From: Catajapyx aquilonaris
Lineage: Eukaryota
Direction: 5' to 3'
DNA: 64,000 bases
Assembly (NCBI GenBank): GCA_000934665.2
Contig: JYFJ02000966.1
Coordinates: forward strand, 1-64,000
The notes under the pieces are model-generated. The model ran no database searches and was not told where the DNA came from. It saw nothing but the letters and a program-made list of their open reading frames with translations. Position numbers and translations under genes: made by a program. Shown piece by piece: positions 34,303 through 48,630 of the stretch; the stretch's first letter is position 1, and the number at the start of each line of letters is the position of its first letter.

Positions 34303-35658
34303 CATCGAATGAGCCGCATATATCGACGGTATGGACTGCATTGTTTACATCTCTTCTTCGATTGAAATTGCTGCTCATCAATGCATGCGTTTCATCCATC
34401 GCAGCATTTCCACTGCCAATATATCCTTCGAGAATTTCTGCGAGCTTCTATTTGAAGAGTTCTGTAAAGATTCGAGACCAAAGCTCGAATTGCCTTGATC
34501 TATTATCCCCTTCCTTTGCCTTATAGGTCCCCCCCGCCAGTCCGGCGTCGCCAGTATCGACTGATTCACTTCGGAAGAACGTAATATTATTACACCTGTT
34601 GCATCAAGTGACGCTTCCAGGAATTCAAAACGGAGACAATATTGCTGATAGTGTTACCATTACATTGTCATGATGTCATAATGGAATATTACAGGGTGTA
34701 CTGGATGTGAATTAACCTAATTATGACTGTGTGTGTGCCAACATGGACATGAAATGTATTTATGCACCATGTTACATTCTGCTTCCATTGCACTGCTGCA
34801 TAGACTGGATTGAAACTGTGTAATTAGATCGAAGGTAAGAGCAGCAGTGGCCAGCCTTGAGATTATTCTCAGCGGATGCAACTGCATCGCATGTTCTCAA
34901 AGGCTTGATGTTGGGTTTGGACCAAACAAGTGTTCCGGTCCCTTGAGACTACGTGTGCAATCCGGACACTTCAAAGGGGACCACTTGTGGTTTCATGTTA
35001 TCTTGTCACACTTTGCCAGAAGGGTTCGTTATTACACGGGCCTGCACAATCCGGTGTAGTTGAGGGTTTAGTATTGGAACAGTTATGCAGCTTTGTGCAT
35101 ACTTGTTACTGTTAATTGATATTCTTGTTGCAGCATGAAATCTAAGTATTATTGAAATGAATTCATAATAGTTTCTGTATGATGTGTATACTGTATATAA
35201 CTGCACAATATTACAGGTAGAATTAAATGGTCTCCTATATTTCTGGACAGAGCCTCTCCCCCCATGATTACATGCAATTTATTTCCTCACAAAGCTGGAC
35301 AACATGATTCTTGTTATTTAAACATATTTTTTTTTTACAAGACAATAAATATTTTTCGTGTGTTTTACATTATTCGAAGGTTGTTTATAATAGTTTGGTA
35401 AGATTATTGTGTAGCATTTTGAAGCAGGTTATTCGTTTTCCACTTAAAATTCTCAATTTTCCATTTAAAATACACCTATTCCTCTTACATCTTATGCTCG
35501 AGTTATTTTTCACATTATTATTATTAGGTAGCAAAGTAGAATTTAAGAGTGTGATAAGGTACATGTAAAAAACTATAATTAATTATGATGGAAGCTTCCG
35601 TGGTTGTAAATGCAAAATATCAAGTACTGCGGAAAATGCAGCTGGACACAATACAGTA

Positions 35659-36004
35659 CAGGAAGTCCCCAGTCTATGCACAGGGTGACATCCTGAAAAT
35701 GTCCATAAGTCGGATTTGCTCTTATCTCATATCTCTGAGGAGCAGCTCATATACACAGCATTAAAAATCCTGCTCCAACGAACCACTTACGTCATGTGTG
35801 TGTGTTTACAGGCACAGAACTTAGTTCCCCAATTATTTATGAATAAATTATACAGTATTTATGTTGATAGGTGTTGGCCAATGTATGCAGGAGTGATAGA
35901 AAGTGCAGGGCTAATTATAAATTTTCCTTCTGGGGAGCCTTGGGAGCCAGGTCGTAAGTACGGATCGCCGTAAGTCGGGTCGTTCATAAACCGGGGACTT
36001 CCTG
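35659..36004. mobile_element. Tigger/pogo-type MITE
   Basis: TA|caggaagtccccagtctatg ... cataaaccggggacttcctg|TA. Terminal inverted repeats with TA duplication and subterminal taagtcgg motifs. Confidence 0.8.
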
Positions 36005-36539
36005 TACTGTCATATGCTTACTATTTGGCTAAGGTAGTTCAGAATACGAAATAGTGTCACAAATAAGTTCTAATAATGGTCACTTGTGAAAATGTACATT
36101 ATGAAACATGTCCGCTTATGTGCAGGCAGTCACAATTCATGTGAGTTAGGGCTGGTAGTAAGAAAGCAAATTAGAGATATAGCATGAAAAGGTACAGAAT
36201 ATATTCAGTATCTAATGAAATTGGATATTTCCTCCTTTGAGTTAATTACAACCAGCCGCAGCCATAAGGACCATTTGTAAAAACTGAAATGACAGAAAAT
36301 AAGAGATCATGTATTCCGAAAACCCAAGTGCCCATCTTCATAATAATATCCCAGTATAGGCCACAGCCACTTCCTTCCGTCCCTATCCTATCCCCAAAAG
36401 CAAAGTAAAAATGCAGAGAAAGAGTTCCAGTCAAAACAAAAAAACTCCCCCCTAAAGAGCCGCCGGCTGATAACAGGGTATGATATTATTATTATTATTA
36501 TTATTATCATCATCATCATCATTATTATTATCATCATTA

Positions 36540-36877
36540 GGTAGACGGAGTGGCGCTGCGGTAACGTGCGCGCCCACGGACGTTAAGGTCCCGTGTTCGA
36601 TCCCAGCCCGGGGACACCCCCTTCATCTCTTGCAGAGTTCGGGGTCATCTCTGGCTTCGTCTCGGGTGGTATCTCCACAGACTAAACCACCCGGGGGAGT
36701 TCACAAAATGACCAAGCACCGATACCGCACTGCACTTGCACATCCCCTCCTGTCATCCTGCCCGTGGGCCCGGGCGCTTCGAATATGGTTCCATAAAATG
36801 TATACGGTACTGTTCGATTGAAAAATGAAGGTCCGTGCGAATACCCTTTGGGTGAGCACTACCCAACTATTATTATT

Positions 36878-36880
<3 letters not shown>
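36540..36880 (+). mobile_element. tRNA-derived SINE
   Basis: Pol III A box tggcgctgcgg (36551-36561), B box gttcgatccc (36595-36604), a body of about 260 bp and a (TAT)n tail. Embedded between (ATT/ATC)n and (AAT)n microsatellites. Confidence 0.7.

Positions 36881-36930
<50 letters not shown>
36868..36930. repeat. (TAT)n followed by (AAT)n microsatellite; an (ATT/ATC)n tract also lies at 36484-36539
   Basis: Directly visible trinucleotide runs. Confidence 0.95.
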
Positions 36931-36932
<2 letters not shown>

Positions 36933-37629
36933 TCCCAATGTGTTAAATCATGACATGCATGTACTTTCACTGACCGTTATGGAATACCTATCAAGTGGGA
37001 GAAAATTGTTCAGTGAGGTCCTAGGCAGCAAAACAATTCACTCTAAAATCAATTACATACACATTGACAGGACATGTCAATAGCGATATTGGGGGGGGTC
37101 CAAACATGTTATTACTCCTCGTATAAGTGCAACAGAAACACTGCCAATTACAATGATCAAAGAATAAGTGTTCTATGCATGCTCACTACAAGTCACATTG
37201 TTCACGACTGAAAATTATGGGTCCACGTGGGCCAATTAATATCCAGCGCAGTGTAATTTTGCTACAACACCTTCGAGTGGGTCAAGTTTCATCAAAATTG
37301 GTGAATGTGGGGGTCACTCTCATGAGTGACAGACTGGATACAGATGTACCAAACAAGTACTCTACTCAATAATAGCCCGAGCTTCACTCGGTTCAAATAT
37401 TCCTTGGGTAATGAGACACTCAAGTTCAATCTCAAGAGGCTTTATTTCTTCTCTCCATGCACTCATGCAGTACAAAACTTAGATTCAATGTTTTAAAATC
37501 AAAATCAGACCTGTTTGTCAGATGAAATATTTATTATGAATCTGTCTGTTCAACACTACAAAATCATGGAACAGACAGACATCGAATGCGGAAAAGCGAA
37601 AGGTGGAGGCCATAGGTGGATGTCCTATT

Positions 37630-39490
<1,861 letters not shown>

Positions 39491-40074
39491 CTACTCAAAA
39501 ATGGGCAGGAACCGGAGGAGATATCAGGCCCAAAACCGATCGAAAAATGACGACGTTCGATCAAACACGCGGATTGACGCAACAACCGGCGGCGGCCATT
39601 TCTTGACGAAAATCGACGCTCTTTTGTTCGCCGCTCGCAACAAAGGGGCGCCAACAGATCATCTGTTTCGCTTTAATTTTAATACTTAATTGCATTAATT
39701 AGCAGCATAATTAAGCGCACGACTGCACAAAATATCTTCAATGACTTATAAACGTAAAATGTGGAATACTACTGGCAGGGGCGCCAATACACTGGGAGGG
39801 AAGTTAGGCGCCAATTCAAACCCTCATTGCGATAATAGCCTAGTTCTTTTGAAGTTACCGTATAACAGTACGCAGTCATTACACTTGCATGTGATTTTAT
39901 CAAGGTTTATTTCAGAATATTTTTTTTTGCCGGCGACCGTTGCACAAGTACATCTTGTTCTTTCCGTAGAGTACACAGCATTGTCGCGCAGCTAGCTGAC
40001 AAAATAATAACGGTGTAAATTTGATAGAAGATTGTTCTCTAAAAATAACATCCGGTTGTTGGGTGGTCACTCCG

Positions 40075-41941
40075 TTACTCCCTGACCCCAAACGCCCTCT
40101 GAATCTCCTCCAGGGTCTTCCCCTTGGTCTCGGGCACGACGAAGATCACGAAGGCTGTCCCCAAGAGGCAGATACCCCCGTACATAAAGAAGCAGGGGCC
40201 CATGCCGATCGCATCGGTTATGGTGGTGAAGGACTGTGTGACTGCGAAGGCCATGGTCCAGTTGAATGCGGTGGCGATGGAGGAGGCCACCTCCCTGACC
40301 CCTCCTGGAAACACCTCTCCCATCATCATCCAGGGGATGGGGCCGAATCCGATCGAGAACATGGAGATGTAGATGACCAGGCTGATCAGGGGAATCCAAC
40401 CTAGGCCTTCCCGCGACTCTTTAGAGAGGAAGAAGTAGACGCCGAGGACGACCAGGGACACTCCCATCACTATGTCGGACACCACCAGCAGCGTCTTCCG
40501 TCCGAACACGTTCATGAAGCCGGAGATGATGGCGGTGACCACCACTTGCACCAGGGTCACCACCAGGGCCTGGGTGAAACCGCTCAGGTCCATCTTGACG
40601 GCCTCGAAGATGACCTTCATGTTGAAGATGACTATGTTGATACCGGACAGCTGCTGGAGGAGCATGAGGCCCATGGAGGCCAGGAAGGGCTTCAGGTTCA
40701 TGGGCAGCAGCAGGTCCTTCATGGAGGCCCTGTTGGCCATGCTCTCATCCAGGGCCGACTGGATCGAGGCCAACTCCTTGTCCACGTCTGCTTCCGGGCC
40801 TCGCAGCCACTGCAGGGACTTCTTGGCCGCTTCAGGGTTTTTCTTTCTCAAGTAGTGGGCCGGGGACTCGGGCAGGAAAAGCAACGCCACGTCCAGAATC
40901 TGCCAAGTGTGCAGAAGGGTAGTGTTACTGTGTTCCATGACAAAATACGACGCCCCATGCCCTGCCCGTAATAAAAATATTGAACGCTCTAAGCTGCAAC
41001 CAGAAAATAGAAGTGACCGTCACAGGCCTTTAATTGTTAAATTGCGTTGTTGACATTCATTGCTGCCCAAGTGGCACTTTATTTTACAACAATTTCCCAA
41101 CAATTTCCAGCAATATGGCGAAAGTGCCATTTTTCCCGGTCTTTTCCCATAATTATATTGGTGGAAATGTCAAGAACAACAAGAGAGAGTCAGCTACGAA
41201 AGTATCATGGTTATTAGGCTATCTGCCAAGAGTTGAGTAATAGAGAGCAAGAAGGGGGAGCACTGACCACGGGAAGGATGATACATCCTACGTTGAGCCC
41301 AATCCAGTTCCTAGGGAACCCCAAGGCGATGACGTAGCAGATGCCGATGGTGATGAGGATCTGGAAGGAAGCCCCTAGGGCGCCCCTCAGCTCTGCCGAG
41401 GCGCATTCCCCGATGTAGACGTTGACACAGAGGCAGTAGAGCCCGGTGGAGAGCCCGCAGCAGAACCTGCCTGCCATGGCTAGAGCAGGGTTGGAGGCGA
41501 TCAACAGGAGGACCCAGCCCACGATGGCAGGGACCGAGGCTCCCATCATCAGCCACTTCCTGCCCAGGAGCTCCATCAGGAACCCTCCGCACAGGGCACC
41601 TAGCAGGGCACCCACGTTCATTATGGGACTTACGAAGCCCCAGCCGTCACAATCTTTCATCCACTCGATTGGGAGGTTTTCTCGCGCCGTCATATTGAGA
41701 TTGCTGCAGTTTACGAAGTCGTCTGCAGCGTTGGACCAGGCCAAGGTGGTGCCGACGGCCATGGCCCCGATCGTAGCTGCATGGATGGATGATGGATTGG
41801 ATAACAACAAAATCGAACAAAATCAATTATCAAAGTTAACTCCAAAGCAGTTATGGGGCACGACCTTTGCCCGCCTTCGACGCACGTACCTGCCAAGCAT
41901 GCTGTGATTTCTCTTCCTTTTCCAGCTAGGCTCAGAGGCAT
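40075..41941 (-). CDS. MFS sugar porter, Tret1/GLUT8-like, 3 coding exons
   Basis: Motifs LGRK, GRFCCG, YIGECAS..RGALG, PESP, QQLSGIN, FGRK, GFGPIPW...EVFP, PETKGKTLEEI. Exons 41941-41890, 41776-41268, 40899-40075. The start codon is tentative. Confidence 0.92.
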
Positions 41942-42693
41942 GGCTGGGACGGGACAATGAGGGCTGACCAGGGAGGAGGAAGACTCGAATTTCAAAGCGT
42001 CTTGTCCAGCCGAAGGTAAAAGCGGCTCTGGAACTTTGTTCTGTGGTTCTGTTGAAACCAAAGCGACAGACAACACACGAGAGCCAACCTCTTCACTGTC
42101 GAAGTGTTATTCCACACCAAGCATATATAAGCTACATAAAGAACATGTCATGTTGCTGGAATATGATTTGCAATGCTTAGCACATCCCTTGCGACGGGGT
42201 CTCATCCTCCTTGTCCACTTCCCTGTTCACAGATCTGTCAGTTGGGTTGCCCTCAATTGACGGGATAACAACAATTGCTCCTCGAGGATCATGTTGGCAA
42301 CACAAACAATAGAACTTGTTTGTTCACGGCATTTTTGCGATAGAGCGGACATGAAGCGACGATTATTTTTTTTTCGTTGAATACCGCATTTGATCACACC
42401 GATCGGATGCTCAACATCTCTACTAAACATTGCCAACCTTAAAATTGGCCAGTGTTGCTGTTCTTTGGCACCAGCTGCTCATACGTTCAACTGTGCGCGC
42501 CAAAGGCCTTTTGGTGTCTGGGGACACGAGCGGCTTTTGGCACCTCTGTAAGCATTGCCATTCATTCGATCACTTCTCAAGTGTGTCTGTTGGATGCAGC
42601 TTGATGTCCTCTTTCGATTGGTGTGCTTAAATTGTCGGAGGGTGATCTCTGTGTGCTTCAGTTTCAGTAACTAACCAGAGTCATCCGAAAGCT

Positions 42694-44425
42694 TTGGTTC
42701 GTTACCAAAAATTACAAAAAAATCCTGTACACACCTTATGCTAATGATTTGGAGTGTCAAACTTGGAAACCTCTGTGGGAGTCGCCAATACAGCAGTGTG
42801 CAAAGATTCAGCCCAATTCCATAACTCCCATGTATTTATTTGGACGGTAACGAACCAAGCCATTTTCCTGCCGCCGAGCGTGCTCCCTCCGATCTCGGCT
42901 CAGATAATAAGCAAATCCATGCACGCCCAATAATGCAGAAATTTTTATGTAATGGTTTTCAATGGCGCTGATTTCAGATCCGATGTCAGAAATTCAAAAA
43001 TCAAAATGGTTGATCCAATATGAGAGACAGCATGTGCAGAGAATTGGACAGTTATACAGTATTAGCGTCAAAATTAGTTTACGGAGGCTTTAGAGGGCTC
43101 TGATTTCAAATTCAATGTAAAAAAAAGTTACAAATCAAAGTGGCGCGATGTGTTTTCCGGATATGTCCTGATGCTACCGCCGATTTTATTGGGAGGAAGG
43201 AGGAGAGATGCAGCTCTTCAATATAGTTCTTATTTATGATGCTGAAAACAAATTTTCACGAATCCTTCATGTTATAATAAACAGTTGCCTCTATTTACAA
43301 TGCCACTGCAAGATGGGTGGTCCGGAAGTTAATTGTCTCTAGCGGTCAAGGTAAGTGGCAGGTGGCAGGTGGTGGCAGCTAGTCTTTGGTTCTTCTCAGC
43401 CATGAGAGCCTCCCGCTTTTTACAGGCCGTAAATCAAAGAAATTTGCATTTATCTGAAATTTTGCAAGTCTGAATTTATTGGAAAATTGACTGAAATGAC
43501 CCATTTTCAAATACCTTCATTTATAGGCTTAGTAAATTTTTATAGATGGTCACATTATAACTCCTTATACAGTCATATGCATATGCATTACAATGTGGTG
43601 CAGCTAAAATGGCTGTGCTCAGAGGTCAGAGGTTATAAATTTTTGAATAAACCATTATTAAAATGTTTTCCCCTCTAGTCAGTTCATAACTTCATTGATG
43701 TGTCTGTGTCAGCCTGGTCCCCAAAGTCTGGTGTGTAGGCAGGCAGCAGCCTTTTCATATACTGGGTTACATATATCCAACATACACAATCATCACGGCA
43801 TAGTCCCATGATGAGGTATAGTCAGCGATGACCAAGTCATACGACCCAGCCATCTCAATCGACCAATACACGAGAATCCTCTGATGACTGGTCAGTGTCA
43901 TGATGTGTCTCGTTTTAATTATGTACGCCCTGAAGTGGTAAAACAGCTCACAAATACTACCCGTGAAAAGGTTCTGAACGGTGGAAAATCGCACGCCTTG
44001 GTTCGTTACTTTTTTTCTTGGTTCGTTACCGAGAGTTTTGTTGCGCTACGATGCAAAGAAAAGCAGATACCGGTACGGCAAGGTGACCAATGGATTCCTC
44101 GCACTTTTCCTCTCTAGACAGTCTAGAGCATCTCTATACTGCCATCAAAACCACTTAGAATTCGCAGAGTTATTACGCAATGTAACCCGGTGCAGAAATG
44201 CGTGTCCTCGAAACTTTGGTTCGTTACCGTGTTTGCTCTCGCTCCTCGGGCGCTATCGAATGATATATTTTGTGTCGGATTTGTGGCAAAATTCAGCCCT
44301 CTGTACCTGGAACTCAATAGAAAAAAAAAGTATCCCCAAAGGTTTACCACAGGCATGGAAAATCACAATGAAAGTTGAAAAAAATCGTCCGAACCTTGGT
44401 TCGTTACCGCAAAAATGCCCTTCAA
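42694..44425. mobile_element. Degenerate DNA-transposon remnant(s) carrying a repeated TTGGTTCGTTAC motif
   Basis: The 12-13-mer occurs at 42694, 43998, 44018, 44216 and 44396 on the + strand and at 42846 on the - strand. No intact transposase ORF. Confidence 0.45.
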
Positions 44426-44984
44426 TAAATACTGTGGGTGCTATAGGTACTGGTAACTTAGCAGTACCAAAGGCAACAACCAATGACCAAAGCCAATGAC
44501 CATGTTAATGTGATGGTAACCCATGAAAGTGAAAAAGTGAAAACTTCTTGGAACTAATAACACGAGGAACATATGGACAATAAAAAAAAATGCATTTTTA
44601 TGTCGTATAATGTACTGCAACTTTATGACAAAATAGACCAGTGAATATCGTTATACTCGTAGTCTATGGTTACATGGACGTTACTTGGCCCAAGAGGGTA
44701 GTATAGAACTTAGGTGGTAAAATTGATGGAATGGCACTTGAACCATATTGTTGACATGGACAGGGTTGGAAAAGAATAAAAATGAGAAATGTCTGGCCAC
44801 CCATTTATTGTGCAACTTCTTCAACGCCCTTTAACTTACACTCCCTACAAAAAAAATGGGTGGGGGAGGGAAAAACTCTTCTTTTTTTTTTATACCCAAA
44901 CTCAAAAATATACAAAAAAAGGACAAATGGGTTACCAATATTTCAAGAGTCCAAAAACCTCACTCTCAACTTGTTTTCTTTTTT

Positions 44985-46739
<1,755 letters not shown>

Positions 46740-48457
46740 TTAGTAGCGAAAATTCACGTAAGTTATTTCAACATAGGGTATCCTTGCTGGCTTGAAATAT
46801 CCAAGTATTGAATTTAGCTGCAAAACAGCAGGTTTATTCAATGTTTCAAAAAAAGAACCCTTTACAGTTGTATGACCAAGATATCAATACGCATCCAGTC
46901 AAGCGCAAGATAACTGCCAACGTGGTGTCGAAAACATCATGTAGCTTATCAGCATATAGATGTGACGTAACATAACCACATTTATGTGTCAATTCCATGT
47001 CCTTTCTTTCCTAAAGCAATGTGAAGCACCAGGCAAATGCATGGGGACAATGTTCAGGTCGGACGTTAAGAAACCTGTCCATACATCATATTGAGTGGTT
47101 TCATAGTGGATGTGCATGGAGTCGGTCATTGACTACATATCCTGAACAAATCAAGACGCTTCTTTATTAGCATGAGCTGAACTAAAATTGATTGTTATAC
47201 TTGTTCCTGCAGTACTTCAATTACCATTAATATATTTCAAATACAGTTGACTCTGGATATAACAGCCTCAGCTACTCTCCGATTCACGTGCGAGTGAACC
47301 TTTTTGGATACGCCTGAGGGGTCGGTGAGCCACCCGAAAATAGTGCCCACCAAGCAGGCTACTGTATTCACCGTGTAAAAACCATGGCTGTTGGCCTGGG
47401 CACAGTCCTAAAGTACAGCTCACTTCCTGGATTCCCACTTTTATTTTGTGCTGGCAAAGGTGACCTGGCTACGGGAGATTGATTTCCGTGGTCCCTTGTC
47501 ATATCCAGAGTCAATTGCGCTAGTTATTGCTCAGGTAAAAATGTCATACTTTGGACATGAGAGGCATGTGTATGCAGGTGAAAGTCGGACACAAAATAAT
47601 GATGGATGTTACTCACTGGTCATGGCTGAGTCCTGTGTGTGGCTGGTCCTGGGGGTCGAAGGAGTCTGTAGGGGATAAGGCCCCCTGCCCTTCCTCTCAC
47701 TGGGTTACTGGGATGGGGGGGTGGACGGTGGTCCGCTGTGCACGAGAGAGAGAGTGCGTCGTCGATGTGACCCACCCCAAGCGCCCTCGTGTAACCAGCG
47801 AGAAAGAGGGGTCCGTCGACGTCTCTCCTTCCGACCGACCACGTAACCAGCGGTGGAGGGTCACGTGACCGGTGATGTTGGAACCACAGCAGCAGCACAC
47901 TCAAGAGGGGAGGGGGAAGGGGGAAAGAGAAAAGTTTACACGTGGAAATCAACCGCGCAGGGGAGGTTGCTGATTGGACGGAATGGAACGGAGCAGGGAG
48001 GTCATTGGCTTAAACGGCACAGGGAATAGCGGGATTCAACAGTTATTGGAGCAACAATACTGCTCCTTAAACGCTCGTTGGCACTGATTCATTAGCCCAG
48101 CAGTAGACGTTGGCTGTGGGAAGCGCATCGGCGTTAATTAATACTGGAAAGGTGTCGCATCTTATGTAGGATCCATGGGGTTAATGAAAGTGTGAACAGA
48201 AGGGACGCCATCTTTGATGTAGTCTGTCAGTGGTCATCGTGGGCGTGATCCGTTGGGCGTGATCGGCGTGCGATAACGATTGTCTTCAACCCCTCCTGAA
48301 CGGTTGAGTCATAATGAATAGTCGTATGTTCTGAGGCCGGGGTTCAGATCAACAGACACTGTAATGTCCAATATTACTTAGCCACTGTGGACGGAAACAG
48401 CTACAAAATATACTGCTGTTGTAGTTAAAACTTCCCCGTATCATTCTTATTTTTCCG

Positions 48458-48630
48458 ACACTGTAAACCTCAAAACATTAAAAGCGCATCCTCTCATGGA
48501 ACATCAATTTTTGATGCTCTTCTAATGCTCTTGCGATGCTTTTAGCAACAAAAAAAAGCATCACTTTTCTGAGTATGAATTTGAGAGACTCATCAGTCAT
48601 GCGCTTTTAATGCTTTGTGGTTTCCAGTGT
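48458..48630. mobile_element. MITE with about 32-bp terminal inverted repeats
   Basis: acactgtaaacctcaaaacattaaaagcgcat ... atgcgcttttaatgctttgtggtttccagtgt. Confidence 0.7.

Larger units (their letters stand above)
14030..36140 (+). repeat. Tandem segmental duplication: unit A about 14030-21364, unit B about 21365-32160, partial unit C about 32165-36140
   Basis: cgccgtttcattccgga at about 14030 recurs at 21365, directly after the 3' flank of GR copy 1. Long colinear non-coding homology between A and B. Unit C matches B from about 25860 (gtcagccgagat) through the 3' flank (gtgataagg...ggaagcttcc at about 31910 and 35550). Confidence 0.9.

Noticed and set aside
36540..36620. tRNA gene
   Set aside because: A and B boxes are present but I could not form a convincing acceptor stem, and no oligo-T terminator follows. 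It continues into a body and simple-repeat tail, so it was called a SINE.
42694..44410. CRISPR-like array
   Set aside because: The repeat is only 12-13 nt, spacing is irregular, orientation is mixed, there are no cas genes and the context is eukaryotic.
48560..48600. Hammerhead ribozyme core on the minus strand (CTGATGA...GAAA)
   Set aside because: Stem II does not pair properly next to GAAA and I found no stems I and III. The sequence lies inside a MITE.
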